From an uncultured Veillonellaceae bacterium (GTDB lineage: Bacteria; Bacillota; Negativicutes; UBA1444), in assembly GCA_964521625.1 (NCBI GenBank), contig CAZFSM010000003.1, forward strand, positions 143,801 to 207,800: a DNA stretch of 64,000 nucleotides. Reading direction: 5' to 3'. Positions 28,616 to 38,400 of the stretch are shown here, one piece after another (position 1 is the first letter of the stretch; each line of letters begins with the position of its first letter). A program made the translations under genes and the position numbers. The notes beneath the pieces are model-generated. The model was not told where the DNA came from. It searched no databases and saw nothing but the letters and a program-made list of their open reading frames with translations.

Positions 28616-30002
28616 AACCACGGCAGAGAAAAACCAGTATACTGCGTTGAATATATCGATCTGAATACGATAATGGCGGCAAAGGACTGACTTCGACAAA
28701 AAGTTGCTCCAATGCCGCTTTGTGTTGTTCATCGCCAAAAAACACCGCGTCCTCACCGGCCTGAAGCGGCGATTCGCCTCGCCAATAATCATACTGGGAA
28801 AACCGCGAAGGTGTGAGCACCTGGACCATCGGCCGCCCCGGCAAATAGTACCAGGCGAGCGACGCCAATTTGTAGTCGGCCGCCAACACGTGTTTCGCAG
28901 TCAAGAGCTCCGGTCCGGCCGATCGGAACATCACATCATAGCCTAGCACCTGTCGTTTCATCACAAGTTGCGGCGGCAGAAAGCTAAAAGCCTCCGGTAT
29001 CTTTAGCAGAAGGATCAAGACAGCGCCCACGACAATCCCCGCGCGGTAAATATTTCTATACCGGAGGCACTCAAGCCACCGGGCAATCAAAACGATGCCT
29101 GTGACGTAGGCGGGCGCCGCCCAGTTGCCTTCCGGTCGCTTAAACAAGGCCGAATAGGCGAAAAACACCAATACAGTCAGGCAGGGCCAGAGTAAAAAAA
29201 CCTGCTTTTCATCAGCCAGAATTTTTCTCCAGGAACGAAACAAAACATACAACAATACTAAGAAAAACAGCGGATTCAGGGCGACAGTCTGAACGCCCAG
29301 ATATTCGAAGAAACTGCCCGGATTCAAAGTCTGCGCTGCCGCAAAGCCATGATTCAATTGAAATTGAAAAGAAACCCATTCATGGCGGTAATTCCAGAGG
29401 AGAACCGGCGAAAACACCAGCAAAGCCGTTCCGATCGAAAACCACACTGCTCGGTTGCCCAGCTGCCGACGATAAGAGGAAAACAGCAAAAAACCCAGTA
29501 CACCCGGCAATAGCAACACCGCCGTATATTTCGACAGCAACGCAAATCCGGCAGTCACGCCCGCCAGATAGTAATAACCCCGCCGATCACCAAACAACGT
29601 CCTCTGCAGGAACCAGAGCGTCGCCGTCCAGCCCAGGATCAGCGGCGCATCCGGCGTAGCCAGGCTAAACCCGAGCTGGGCCAGTGGCGACAATAAAAAA
29701 ATCAGCAAGGCACGATCTGCCACAGTAGCATTGAACAAATCTTTGGCCATCTGCCAAATCCCGAATCCCGTCAAGGTCATGCAGCCTAGCGGAACCAAAC
29801 GGATCAGCCATTCGGCATCGCCAAACACAGTCACCAACTTGATCAACCAGGCAATCATCGGCGGATGATCAAAATAAGAAAGCTGCAGATGCTTTGACCA
29901 GACCCAGTAGTAGGCCTCGTCAAAATGCAGCGGCAGCGTCATGTTATAAATCAGGTTAAATAGCACGACAAAGGCAAAAAAAGCAGCCGTAGACCGCTTC
30001 AT
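28599..30002 (-). CDS. glycosyltransferase family 39 (ArnT/PMT-like, GT-C) membrane protein
   Basis: Polytopic, with N-terminal DEAYYW-type loop ([27 protein letters not shown]) typical of GT39/83. Start [13 protein letters not shown]-coupled to the upstream GT2. Confidence 0.75.
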   Translation of the reverse strand: MKRSTAAFFAFVVLFNLIYNMTLPLHFDEAYYWVWSKHLQLSYFDHPPMIAWLIKLVTVFGDAEWLIRLVPLGCMTLTGFGIWQMAKDLFNATVADRALLIFLLSPLAQLGFSLATPDAPLILGWTATLWFLQRTLFGDRRGYYYLAGVTAGFALLSKYTAVLLLPGVLGFLLFSSYRRQLGNRAVWFSIGTALLVFSPVLLWNYRHEWVSFQFQLNHGFAAAQTLNPGSFFEYLGVQTVALNPLFFLVLLYVLFRSWRKILADEKQVFLLWPCLTVLVFFAYSALFKRPEGNWAAPAYVTGIVLIARWLECLRYRNIYRAGIVVGAVLILLLKIPEAFSFLPPQLVMKRQVLGYDVMFRSAGPELLTAKHVLAADYKLASLAWYYLPGRPMVQVLTPSRFSQYDYWRGESPLQAGEDAVFFGDEQHKAALEQLFVEVSPLPPLSYSDRYIQRSILVFLCRGFKPGF

Positions 30003-30724
30003 GAGGAAATGCTGGAGTCCAGGCGAAGCTTCCACACCATCAGCACCGCTTCAAGAAATATCTTGCGCGACATCTTGGATTTTCCTGCCGTTCGGTCTTC
30101 AAAAACGATCGGTGTCTCGAAGACGTGAAACCCTTGGCAACTGGCCCGATAGGTCATTTCGATCTGAAACGAATAGCCGTTGGATTTAATCGAATCCAAA
30201 TCGATGGCTTCCAGCACTTCCCGCCGGAAACACTTAAACCCGCCGGTCAAATCACGCAGAGAAAGTCCCAGGATTGTCCGGGCATACAAACTGCCGCCGC
30301 GACTGATAAATTTGCGCAGCAAACCCCAGTTTTTCACGCCGCCGCCTGCCACGTAACGACTGCCCAGCACCAGATCATGCGTCTTGATCGCAGCCAAAAA
30401 GTCCGGCAGATATTTCGGGTCATGCGAAAAATCGGCATCCATTTCAAAAATATAATCATAATCGCGAGCCAGCGCCCATTTGAAACCGGCGATATAGGCA
30501 GTGCCCAATCCCAGCTTACCGGCCCGTTTCAGCAAAAACAGCTTTCCTGGATACGTAGACTCCATCAAGCTTTCGACGATCTCATAGGTTCGGTCCGGCG
30601 AATTGTCATCGACAACCAGCACATGCGCCGCCGGGTCGGTCTGCGTGATCAGCTCCAATAATTTTTCGATATTGTCCCGCTCATTATATGTCGGAATAAT
30701 GATCAGATGTCCGGCCACGGTCAC
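29999..30724 (-). CDS. polyprenol-phosphate sugar synthase (GT2, Dpm1/Ppm1/ArnC-like), catalytic domain only
   Basis: IIPTYNE, VVDDNSPD and DADFSHDP motifs of GT2 polyprenyl-phosphate glycosyltransferases; 241 aa. Confidence 0.8.
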   Translation of the reverse strand: MTVAGHLIIIPTYNERDNIEKLLELITQTDPAAHVLVVDDNSPDRTYEIVESLMESTYPGKLFLLKRAGKLGLGTAYIAGFKWALARDYDYIFEMDADFSHDPKYLPDFLAAIKTHDLVLGSRYVAGGGVKNWGLLRKFISRGGSLYARTILGLSLRDLTGGFKCFRREVLEAIDLDSIKSNGYSFQIEMTYRASCQGFHVFETPIVFEDRTAGKSKMSRKIFLEAVLMVWKLRLDSSISS

Positions 30725-31182
30725 CCTTCCCTTCCATTCGTTTCGCCCGGTTCAGCCGTATCCGTCTTTTCGCCGAACGTGAACCGGGAATTCATAATGA
30801 AGTTTAAAATACTGACCAAGCCGATTGAAAACAGCTGGGCCAGCGTCTTATCCATCGCCAGCGCCTCGACAAACAGTCGCAACAATAACAGGTTCACGCC
30901 AAGATTCAGTACACTGACCGCCAAAAAGCGGAAATACTTGTTGCGGCGGCTACGAAAAGCCGCCTGTCCTTTGAAAGTCCAACGAAAATTCCAATAAAAA
31001 TTATTGGTCACGGCAAATAAAAAAGATACCACCGCCGCCATTAGATAATATAAACCGCTGTTTACCGCCAGCGCATAAACAGCCATGTTGACCAAAGTTC
31101 CTGACAACCCGACAACTGAAAACTTGATAAAACGTTTCACCCAATAATACCCTGCCTTGTTTTTTGACAAATTCTTTTTCAA
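30721..31182 (-). CDS. GtrA-family small membrane protein (putative polyprenyl-phosphate-sugar flippase)
   Basis: FIKFSVVGLSGTLVNM and 4 TM. Overlaps the GT2 start. Confidence 0.7.
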   Translation of the reverse strand: MKKNLSKNKAGYYWVKRFIKFSVVGLSGTLVNMAVYALAVNSGLYYLMAAVVSFLFAVTNNFYWNFRWTFKGQAAFRSRRNKYFRFLAVSVLNLGVNLLLLRLFVEALAMDKTLAQLFSIGLVSILNFIMNSRFTFGEKTDTAEPGETNGREG

Positions 31183-31255
31183 TTATAACACAGCAAGCCG
31201 GTCGAAGCGAAAGCCGCAGGCAAATCAACTGAACCGCCAAACGGCGAACCTGCCG

Positions 31256-31284
31256 TTGATAATATTTCTCCACAGAAGTATAAT
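31256..31284 (+). promoter_or_regulatory. sigma-A promoter: TTGATA, 17-nt spacer, TATAAT
   Basis: Consensus elements about 160 nt upstream of the TM1266-like gene. Confidence 0.5.
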
Positions 31285-31374
31285 GAGATATGATTCAACG
31301 CCTGCGGAACAGGGTGTAAACCTGACGCCAAGGGATGAGCACAGTGATGCATTTTTGTGTCATTCGGTTCATCC

Positions 31375-31406
31375 GCTCTGTGCGTCTGGCACAGAGCTTT
31401 ATTTTT
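31375..31406 (+). terminator. intrinsic terminator in the 5' leader of the hydF-containing operon (putative attenuator or riboswitch expression platform)
   Basis: Perfect 9-bp stem GCTCTGTGC-gtctg-GCACAGAGC followed by TTTATTTTT. Upstream GCACAG (about 31337) could form an alternative antiterminator with the left arm. Confidence 0.5.
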
Positions 31407-31440
31407 GCCCTGAACTATATTTTTATAACGGAGGTCACTC

Positions 31441-31695
31441 ATGAATCAACGACTTGGCTTCATCGGCATCGTGATCGAGGATCCGGACAAAGCGCCGGAA
31501 ATCAACAATATTTTAAGCCGTCACGGCCAGATCATCGCCGGCCGGATGGGAATTCCCCGCATCCACCACAATGAAGCCGGCATTTCTGTCATCACGCTCA
31601 TCGTACAAGGCACGACTGATGAACTCGGCGCGCTCACCGGCCAACTCGGCAATATCAGCGGTGTACAGGTCCGCTCGGCATTGAGCAGCAAATAA
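31441..31695 (+). CDS. TM1266-like small ACT-type protein (putative iron-only hydrogenase system regulator family)
   Basis: 84 aa with MNQRLGFIGIVIEDPDKAPEINNILSRHGQIIAGRMGIP. Genomic association with hydF. GGAGG RBS. Confidence 0.5.
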   Translation: MNQRLGFIGIVIEDPDKAPEINNILSRHGQIIAGRMGIPRIHHNEAGISVITLIVQGTTDELGALTGQLGNISGVQVRSALSSK

Positions 31696-31717
31696 GATGA
31701 CTGTGCAGGAGGGTGCC

Positions 31718-33148
31718 ATGTACCGAATGGAAACCGACTTTCTCGGTGAGAAACCAGTCCCCGCCGTCGCCTATTACGGTATCCATACTGTCCGCGCGCT
31801 GGAAAATTTCGCGGTGTCCCGGCAACTTGTCCATCCCGAACTGATCCGCGCCATCGCCACCGTCAAGCAGGCGGCGGCGGAAATGAACCTGCATCTGGGT
31901 CTGCTCGACCCCCAGGTCGGTTCGGCGATATTTCAGGCAGCCGGCGAAATAGCCGAAGGCCGCTTTGCTGACCAGTTTCCGCTTGACGCGTTGCAGGGAG
32001 GCGCCGGAACCTCAACCAACATGAATGTAAATGAAGTCATCGCCAACCGCGCCTGCGAACTGCTCGGCAGCCAGAAGGGCGACTACGCCGTGGTGCATCC
32101 ATTGGACCAGGTCAATCTGTCGCAATCCACCAACGACGTCTATCCCACCGCGCTGCGGATAGCCGCCATCCGGTTGCTGCAGGGCCTGGCCGAAGCCTGC
32201 GCCCAGTTGCAGGGTGCGCTGCAAAAAAAAGAGGCCGAATTTGCCGGTGTGCTTAAACTAGGCCGCACTGAGATGCAAGATGCCGTGCCGGTCACGCTGG
32301 GCCAGGAGTTTTCCGCCTGGGCCGAAGCGATCGCCCGCGACCGCTGGCGCCTCTATAAAGTCGAAGAACGGCTGCGCGAAGTCAACCTCGGCGGCACGGC
32401 AGTCGGCACCGGTCTTAATGCAGAACGAAAATATGTATTTGGTGTCGTAGAACGGCTGCGCTCGCTGACCGGCATCGGCCTGGCCCGCGACGAAAACATG
32501 ATCGACACGACCCAGAACGCTGACGTTTTTGTCGAAGTATCCGGTCTGCTCAAGGCCTGCGCTACAACATTGATCAAGATCAGCAACGACCTGCGGCTGC
32601 TTTCCTCTGGTCCGCGCGGCGGTTTCGGCGAGATCCGCCTACCCGATTTGCAAGCCGGTTCCTCGATCATGCCAGGCAAGGTCAATCCAGTCATGCCGGA
32701 AATGGTGGCCCAGATCGCCTACCAGACCATCGCCCGCGATCTGGCGATCACTCTGGCCGCACAAGGCGGTCAGCTCGAACTGAACGCCTTCCTGCCGCTC
32801 ATCGCCGCCAATCTATTGCCGGCGATGGAAGAGCTGACCAATGCGATGCGATTGTTCGCCGAACGCTGCATTAACGGCATTGAAGCCAATAACGAACGTT
32901 GCCGGTTTCACCTGGAAAACAGCGTGGCACTGATCACGGCGCTGGCGCCGCTAATCGGTTACGACCGGGCGGCGAGCCTCGCCAAACAGGCTCTGCAGGC
33001 CGACTCACCCGTCAAACAGTCTCTGCTTGATTCTGGCCTGTTTACAACTGAAGAACTGGATAATTTGCTGCGACCGGAAGCCCTGACCCGCCCGGGGATG
33101 GTAAAACGACCGACCGCCGCCAAACCGAAGGAGGCCGCCCATGAATGA
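31718..33148 (+). CDS. aspartate ammonia-lyase family (class II fumarase/aspartase superfamily) protein
   Basis: GSSIMPGKVNP signature loop. QGGAGTSTNMN is aspartase-like rather than the fumarase C QTGSGTQ. Start MYRMETDFLGEK. Confidence 0.8.
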   Translation: MYRMETDFLGEKPVPAVAYYGIHTVRALENFAVSRQLVHPELIRAIATVKQAAAEMNLHLGLLDPQVGSAIFQAAGEIAEGRFADQFPLDALQGGAGTSTNMNVNEVIANRACELLGSQKGDYAVVHPLDQVNLSQSTNDVYPTALRIAAIRLLQGLAEACAQLQGALQKKEAEFAGVLKLGRTEMQDAVPVTLGQEFSAWAEAIARDRWRLYKVEERLREVNLGGTAVGTGLNAERKYVFGVVERLRSLTGIGLARDENMIDTTQNADVFVEVSGLLKACATTLIKISNDLRLLSSGPRGGFGEIRLPDLQAGSSIMPGKVNPVMPEMVAQIAYQTIARDLAITLAAQGGQLELNAFLPLIAANLLPAMEELTNAMRLFAERCINGIEANNERCRFHLENSVALITALAPLIGYDRAASLAKQALQADSPVKQSLLDSGLFTTEELDNLLRPEALTRPGMVKRPTAAKPKEAAHE

Positions 33149-34373
33149 AACACCTCGTGGCAACCGCCTGCATATCGCACTGTTCGGTCGCCGCAACGCC
33201 GGCAAGTCCAGCCTGATCAACGCTCTGACCAATCAGTCGCTGGCGATCGTCTCCGCCGTTGCCGGCACCACCACCGACCCTGTCTACAAATCGATGGAAA
33301 TCCTGCCGCTCGGCCCGGTGGTCGTGATCGACACCGCAGGGCTGGATGACGTCGGCGAACTGGGAATGCTGCGCATCGAAAAATCGCTGGAAGTACTGCG
33401 CAAAACCGATCTGGTTTTGCTTGTCGTCGACGCGACCGCCGGCATCGCCGGGCCGGAACGCGAACTGGCCGGCAAATGCCGGGCGCAAAATATCCCGTTC
33501 ATCCTGGTATTCAATAAATCTGATTTACAAACAGCGACGCCGGATGTGCTGGAAAGTTTCAAAACCGAGCTGGCGGCAGCCGCCGCCGTGACAGTCAGCG
33601 CCGAGCTGCGACAAGGCATCGGCGAACTGAAAATCGCCATGGTCCGTCATGCCCCGGCCCGCTGGGATAACCAGACCATCGTCGGCGATCTGCTGCAGCC
33701 CGGCGACATTGCCGTACTGTGCGTCCCGATCGACCTGGCCGCGCCGGCTGGCCGGCTGATTCTGCCGCAGGTCCAGATGATCCGCGACATTCTCGACCAC
33801 GACGCGCTGGCTTACACGGTAAAAGAACGCGAGTTGAAAGAATGCATCGCCAGTCTGAATCGCAAACCCAAGATCGTGATCACCGACTCCCAGGTCTTTC
33901 TCAAAGCCGACGCCGACACGCCGCCGGATGTACTGCTCACTTCGTTTTCGATCCTGTTCGCCCGCTACAAGGGCGACCTGGAAACGATGGTGCGCGGCGC
34001 CCGGGCGATCGACCACCTAAAGCCGGGCGACAAAGTGTTGATCAGCGAATCCTGCACGCATCACCGGGTGGAAGACGATATCGGCACGGTCAAAATCCCC
34101 CGCTGGCTCAGGCAACATGTCGGCGGCGATCTGGTCGTCGATCATTCCAGCGGTCTCAGTTTCCCGAAAAACCTCAGCGAATACAAACTGGTGCTGCATT
34201 GCGGCGCCTGCATGACCAACCGGCGCGAAATGCTGGCCCGCATCGTCGAGGTGCAGCAGGCTGGCGTTCCCATCGTCAACTACGGCGTGGCGATTGCCGC
34301 GCTGATGGGTATCCTGCGCCGCGCTTTGTCACCATTCCCGCTGTTGCAGGACATTCTCGACGAAGAAGAATAA
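33141..34373 (+). CDS. hydF: [FeFe]-hydrogenase H-cluster maturation GTPase HydF
   Basis: N-terminal GTPase G1 GRRNAGKSSLINAL. C-terminal CTHH...HCGAC, matching the CxHx(46-53)HCxxC FeS motif of HydF. 410 aa. Confidence 0.85.
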   Translation: MNETPRGNRLHIALFGRRNAGKSSLINALTNQSLAIVSAVAGTTTDPVYKSMEILPLGPVVVIDTAGLDDVGELGMLRIEKSLEVLRKTDLVLLVVDATAGIAGPERELAGKCRAQNIPFILVFNKSDLQTATPDVLESFKTELAAAAAVTVSAELRQGIGELKIAMVRHAPARWDNQTIVGDLLQPGDIAVLCVPIDLAAPAGRLILPQVQMIRDILDHDALAYTVKERELKECIASLNRKPKIVITDSQVFLKADADTPPDVLLTSFSILFARYKGDLETMVRGARAIDHLKPGDKVLISESCTHHRVEDDIGTVKIPRWLRQHVGGDLVVDHSSGLSFPKNLSEYKLVLHCGACMTNRREMLARIVEVQQAGVPIVNYGVAIAALMGILRRALSPFPLLQDILDEEE

Positions 34374-34388
34374 CCGGTAAAACAAAAA

Positions 34389-34434
34389 AGAACGACCTTG
34401 AAGCAATCGCCAGCAACAAGGTCGTCCTTTTTTC
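34389..34434. terminator. bidirectional hairpin between convergent hydF and the HD-GYP regulator
   Basis: AAAAAAGAACGACCTTG...CAAGGTCGTCCTTTTTT. Confidence 0.5.
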
Positions 34435-35498
34435 TATTCATACGCTGCAATGATTTTTTCCTCAACCAACAGGAAGGCATCTACAATTCGCGAATCAAAC
34501 TGAGTCCCGCTACCATCCAGGATGATCTTTATCGCGGCATCATGGTTGACGGCATCTTTGTAGCAACGTTTTGATCGCAATGCGTCATACACATCCGCCA
34601 CTGCCATGACACGGGCAGATAGCGGGATTTTTTCGCCGCTCAGTCCATCGGGATAGCCCGAACCGTCCCATTTTTCATGATGTGATCTGGCAATCTCTAT
34701 GCCCAGTGAAATAAAAGCGTTGTGTGGATAGCGGGATTGAACCATTGCCAAGGTTTTGGCCCCGATCAATGTATGCTGCTTCATGATTTCAAATTCCTCC
34801 GTTGAAAGCTTGCCGGGCTTGAGCAAAATTGCGTCGGCAATTCCTACCTTGCCCACATCATGCAACGGACTTGCCTGTTCCATGTATTTGACAAATTGCA
34901 TATCGACCGGATAGTTTTCGTCGTTCTGACCGTACAATGCCTCCGCGAGCAGCTTGCAACAAGACTGTACCCGGTCGAGATGCTGTCCGGTTGCATCGTC
35001 TCTGGACTCAGCCAATTTGGCCAGAGCAAAGATCGTACCCATCTGGGCTTCGGTGATTTCACGCACCTGCTCCTGCACCATGGCCTCCAGGTACTGTTGA
35101 TAACGATAGAGTTTTAAGTGAGTTTCGACACGCGCCTCGACTTCGATCAGTTCAAATGGTTTTGTCACGTAGTCAACGCCACCGGCTGCAAAGGCTTTCA
35201 CTTTGTCAGCCGCATCATCCATTGCGCTGAGAAAAATCACCGGAATAGACCGCCATTCCGGAGTTTTTTTTATGTGCGCACAAACTTCCAGCCCGCTCAT
35301 CCCTGGCATATTGATATCCAACAATATTAAATCCGGCTTACTGATCCGCATAATCTGCAACGCCAGGTCACCGCTCAGTGCAATTCTTACATTGTAGCCC
35401 TTGCCCCAAAACATGCGCGCCAAAACTTCCACATTTATCGGTACGTCATCTACGATCAATAAAGTTGGCAGCGTCTTGCTCGACGGTTCATTTAACAT
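34434..35498 (-). CDS. response regulator with HD-GYP c-di-GMP phosphodiesterase domain
   Basis: REC domain (LIVDD...DINMPGMSG) plus HD and HHEKWDGSGYP motifs. Confidence 0.85.
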   Translation of the reverse strand: MLNEPSSKTLPTLLIVDDVPINVEVLARMFWGKGYNVRIALSGDLALQIMRISKPDLILLDINMPGMSGLEVCAHIKKTPEWRSIPVIFLSAMDDAADKVKAFAAGGVDYVTKPFELIEVEARVETHLKLYRYQQYLEAMVQEQVREITEAQMGTIFALAKLAESRDDATGQHLDRVQSCCKLLAEALYGQNDENYPVDMQFVKYMEQASPLHDVGKVGIADAILLKPGKLSTEEFEIMKQHTLIGAKTLAMVQSRYPHNAFISLGIEIARSHHEKWDGSGYPDGLSGEKIPLSARVMAVADVYDALRSKRCYKDAVNHDAAIKIILDGSGTQFDSRIVDAFLLVEEKIIAAYE

Positions 35499-38400
35499 CT
35501 TGCGCCCCCCCCGCCAACAACTTTAGCAATGCAGGAAAATCGAAGCTCTTTGCGCATTTGCGCAATTCATTGACCATTTCGATATCACTGCCTTCCATTT
35601 CATCAAGCAACGCCAGTATCCGATAATATTCCCCGCCGGCAGCAGCCTTTCGCAGCATTTCCAGCAAAGCCGGATCTATCTTGTCCAGACGTATCGACCT
35701 ATCGCCAGCAAATATTGTTTCCGGATACGCCGGTCGTATTACCGGCCGCGGTGCAACGTATTCATATTGCAATCCCAATAGTTGCCGAATCTTTTCCAGC
35801 AGTTCGCGTTCCTGAAACGGCTTGCTGACAAATTCGGCCGCACCCGCAGCGATTACCTTCTCACGTTCATCACCAAACACACTGGCAGTAACAACAATAA
35901 CGGGAACTTGGCGATTGATCGCCTGCATCTGGCGCATTGCCTCATATCCGTCCATCCGAGGCATTTTCAGATCCATCAACACAATATCCGGTTGCCGTTC
36001 TCGGAACAAAGCCACACCGGTTTGTCCATCGAGTGCACTTCGGGTAAAAAAACCCAGAGTGCTAAGAATTCGTTCCAGCAATTCACAGTTCACCGCTTCA
36101 TCGTCCACAATCAACACTTTCCATTGCCGACCGTCTTTGACAATGCCGGATATACGCCGAGTTTCCTGTAGCGACTCCAATTCATCATCATTTGCCGTAC
36201 GCAGCCAAATATCGAAAGAAAAGACGCACCCTTTCCCCTCCTGACTGACAAGCGAAATATCGCCACCCATCATGCGAATGTACTCCCTGCAAATCGCCAG
36301 TCCGAGACCAGTACCGACCCCACTCTCCTGTCCACGCCTGGTCTGGGTGAAGGGTTGGAATAACTGCCGCTGCTCCGCTTCGGCAATACCCGGACCTGTA
36401 TCTTCAACACTGATCAACAAATGCAATTTCTTGTCGCTTTCGCTTTCAACTGCCACTTTTAATGCAATATGGCCAATTGCGGTAAATTTCACGGCATTGC
36501 TGAGCAGATTGATCAATACCTGTCGTAACCGGCCTGCGTCCGCCACAACCATTCTCGGCACTTCGCCAATGCACTCCACAGAAAATCCCAGCCCTTTTTC
36601 GGTCGTGCGCAAACGAAACATCTGGTCAATTTCGCGCAGCATTGTGTGCAAGTCAAAAACCAACGGTTGCAAAACAGTCCGCCCGGCCTCCATTTTAGAA
36701 ATTTCCAATATATTATTTATCAGGCCTAATAAGTGGCGACCGGCATTATTGATGTTTTCGAGATAGCCATATTGCTGTCCGTTCAGTTCCGCCTCGCGTT
36801 GCAACAATTGCGAAAAACCAAGAATCGCATTCATCGGAGTGCGGATTTCGTGCGAAACATTTGCAACAAATGCACCTTTTGCTTTATTTGCGGCTTCTGC
36901 AGCTTCCTTGGCCTGAACCAGTTCTTCGTTCATGGCTGTCATTTCTTCGTTCAGCGCCATAAGTTGACTGGTTCGCTCGTTAACCTTAACTTCCAGTCCG
37001 TCTTTGGCCTGAAGCAGCAATTCTCCCGCCTGTCTGATATCCGTTATGTCTCTGATAACGCCAACCAGGAAATCAACGCCATCGCCCCCGCGGTAAAGAG
37101 TTTTTTTCGTGACAATGGTATGGATTGTCCCGTCTGCACCGGTAATTTTTTCTTCATTAGTATTTTCCTGGCCGGTAACAAATACCAGTTCATCCTTTTC
37201 CCAAAACACATCTGCTTCCGCCTTGGGAAAAAAATCATAATCGCTTTTGCCGATCAAATCTTGTCGGCTTGTTCCGATCAATTCACACAATGCAGTGTTC
37301 AGCAATATCCAGTTATGCTGGCGGTCTTTGACAAAAATCGGATCGGCAATCGTATCAATGATCTTGTCGAGGAAGTTGCGCGACTCCTCCAGGGCAACTT
37401 TGGCCTTCCTGCGATCGGTAATGTCGCGGATCGATTCGATTGCACCAACAACCTGGCTGTCGCTATTGTAAAGCAGGCGGGTAACGCCCCACAGTTCCCG
37501 GACCGGTCCGCCCTGGACCGGCACCTCGGCCTCGGCCGTCAACAATTCACCATCAAGCTGAACATTATTATACTTTTGTGCAAGTTCCGCCTCAGTTTTG
37601 AACGCCAAGTCAATCAATATCGGCCGCCGCTCGCCATAAAACGGCAACGCATACTCATAATCGCCCTTGCCGAGCATATCTGCGGCCTTGACGCCGGTCA
37701 GTCTTTCCATAGCCCGGTTCCATGTCGTAATTTTTCCTGCACAGTCGACTGCAAAGGTTGCATCAGGAAAAAATTCGATGATTTCCTTCAAGCGCAGTTC
37801 CGACTGCACAAGCGCTTCTTCCGCTTGTTTACGTTCCGTTATGTCTTCCAGCGTCTCCACTGCACCTAATATATTACCACGGGCATCTTTTATTGCGGTG
37901 GCGGTAAAATACAGCCACCGACCAGACTGTCCCAGTGCCGGGAAAAAGTCGATCGCCTCATAAGCGTCCTCGATCAGTTTGGATTTGCGATATTTTCCGG
38001 CATACATCGCCTCAATCGCCGCATTATCTTTTTGAATGAGCAGGTCAGCCATACACGGACGCTCCGACTGATAAAAAGCATGCCAGTGTCGATTGCCGGC
38101 AAGCACGGACTCGGACTTAACGCCGCTGAGTTCCTCCAACGCCTTATTCCAGTGGGTAACGTTATGATTTTGATCAATCACAAATTGCGGTATTGGCGAT
38201 CCATCCAGCAAGGTCTGTAATTTATGCACCATTTCGGCCAATAGGTTTTCCGAATCGCGCAACGCGGCTTCGATATGTTTACGACTGGTAATATCCCGGA
38301 TGATAACAAGCGCATTTTGATTGGATCCGGCAACGATTCTCGCCTCGTAAAAATCACTTTCTTCGTTTGCCTGATACTGATATTCAATTATCCTAACTGT

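Noticed and set aside
36733-37869. 378-aa plus-strand ORF (and many similar 60-270 aa ORFs such as 8698..9198, 33719..34453, 41915..42712, 46571..47371, 61802..62617)
   Set aside because: They are antisense to long, well-supported genes (hybrid kinase, GGDEF-EAL, hydF, rocA, sigma-54 activator, amidohydrolase). Their composition is Arg/Pro/Gln-rich and low-complexity, typical of GC-rich reverse frames. They have no RBS.
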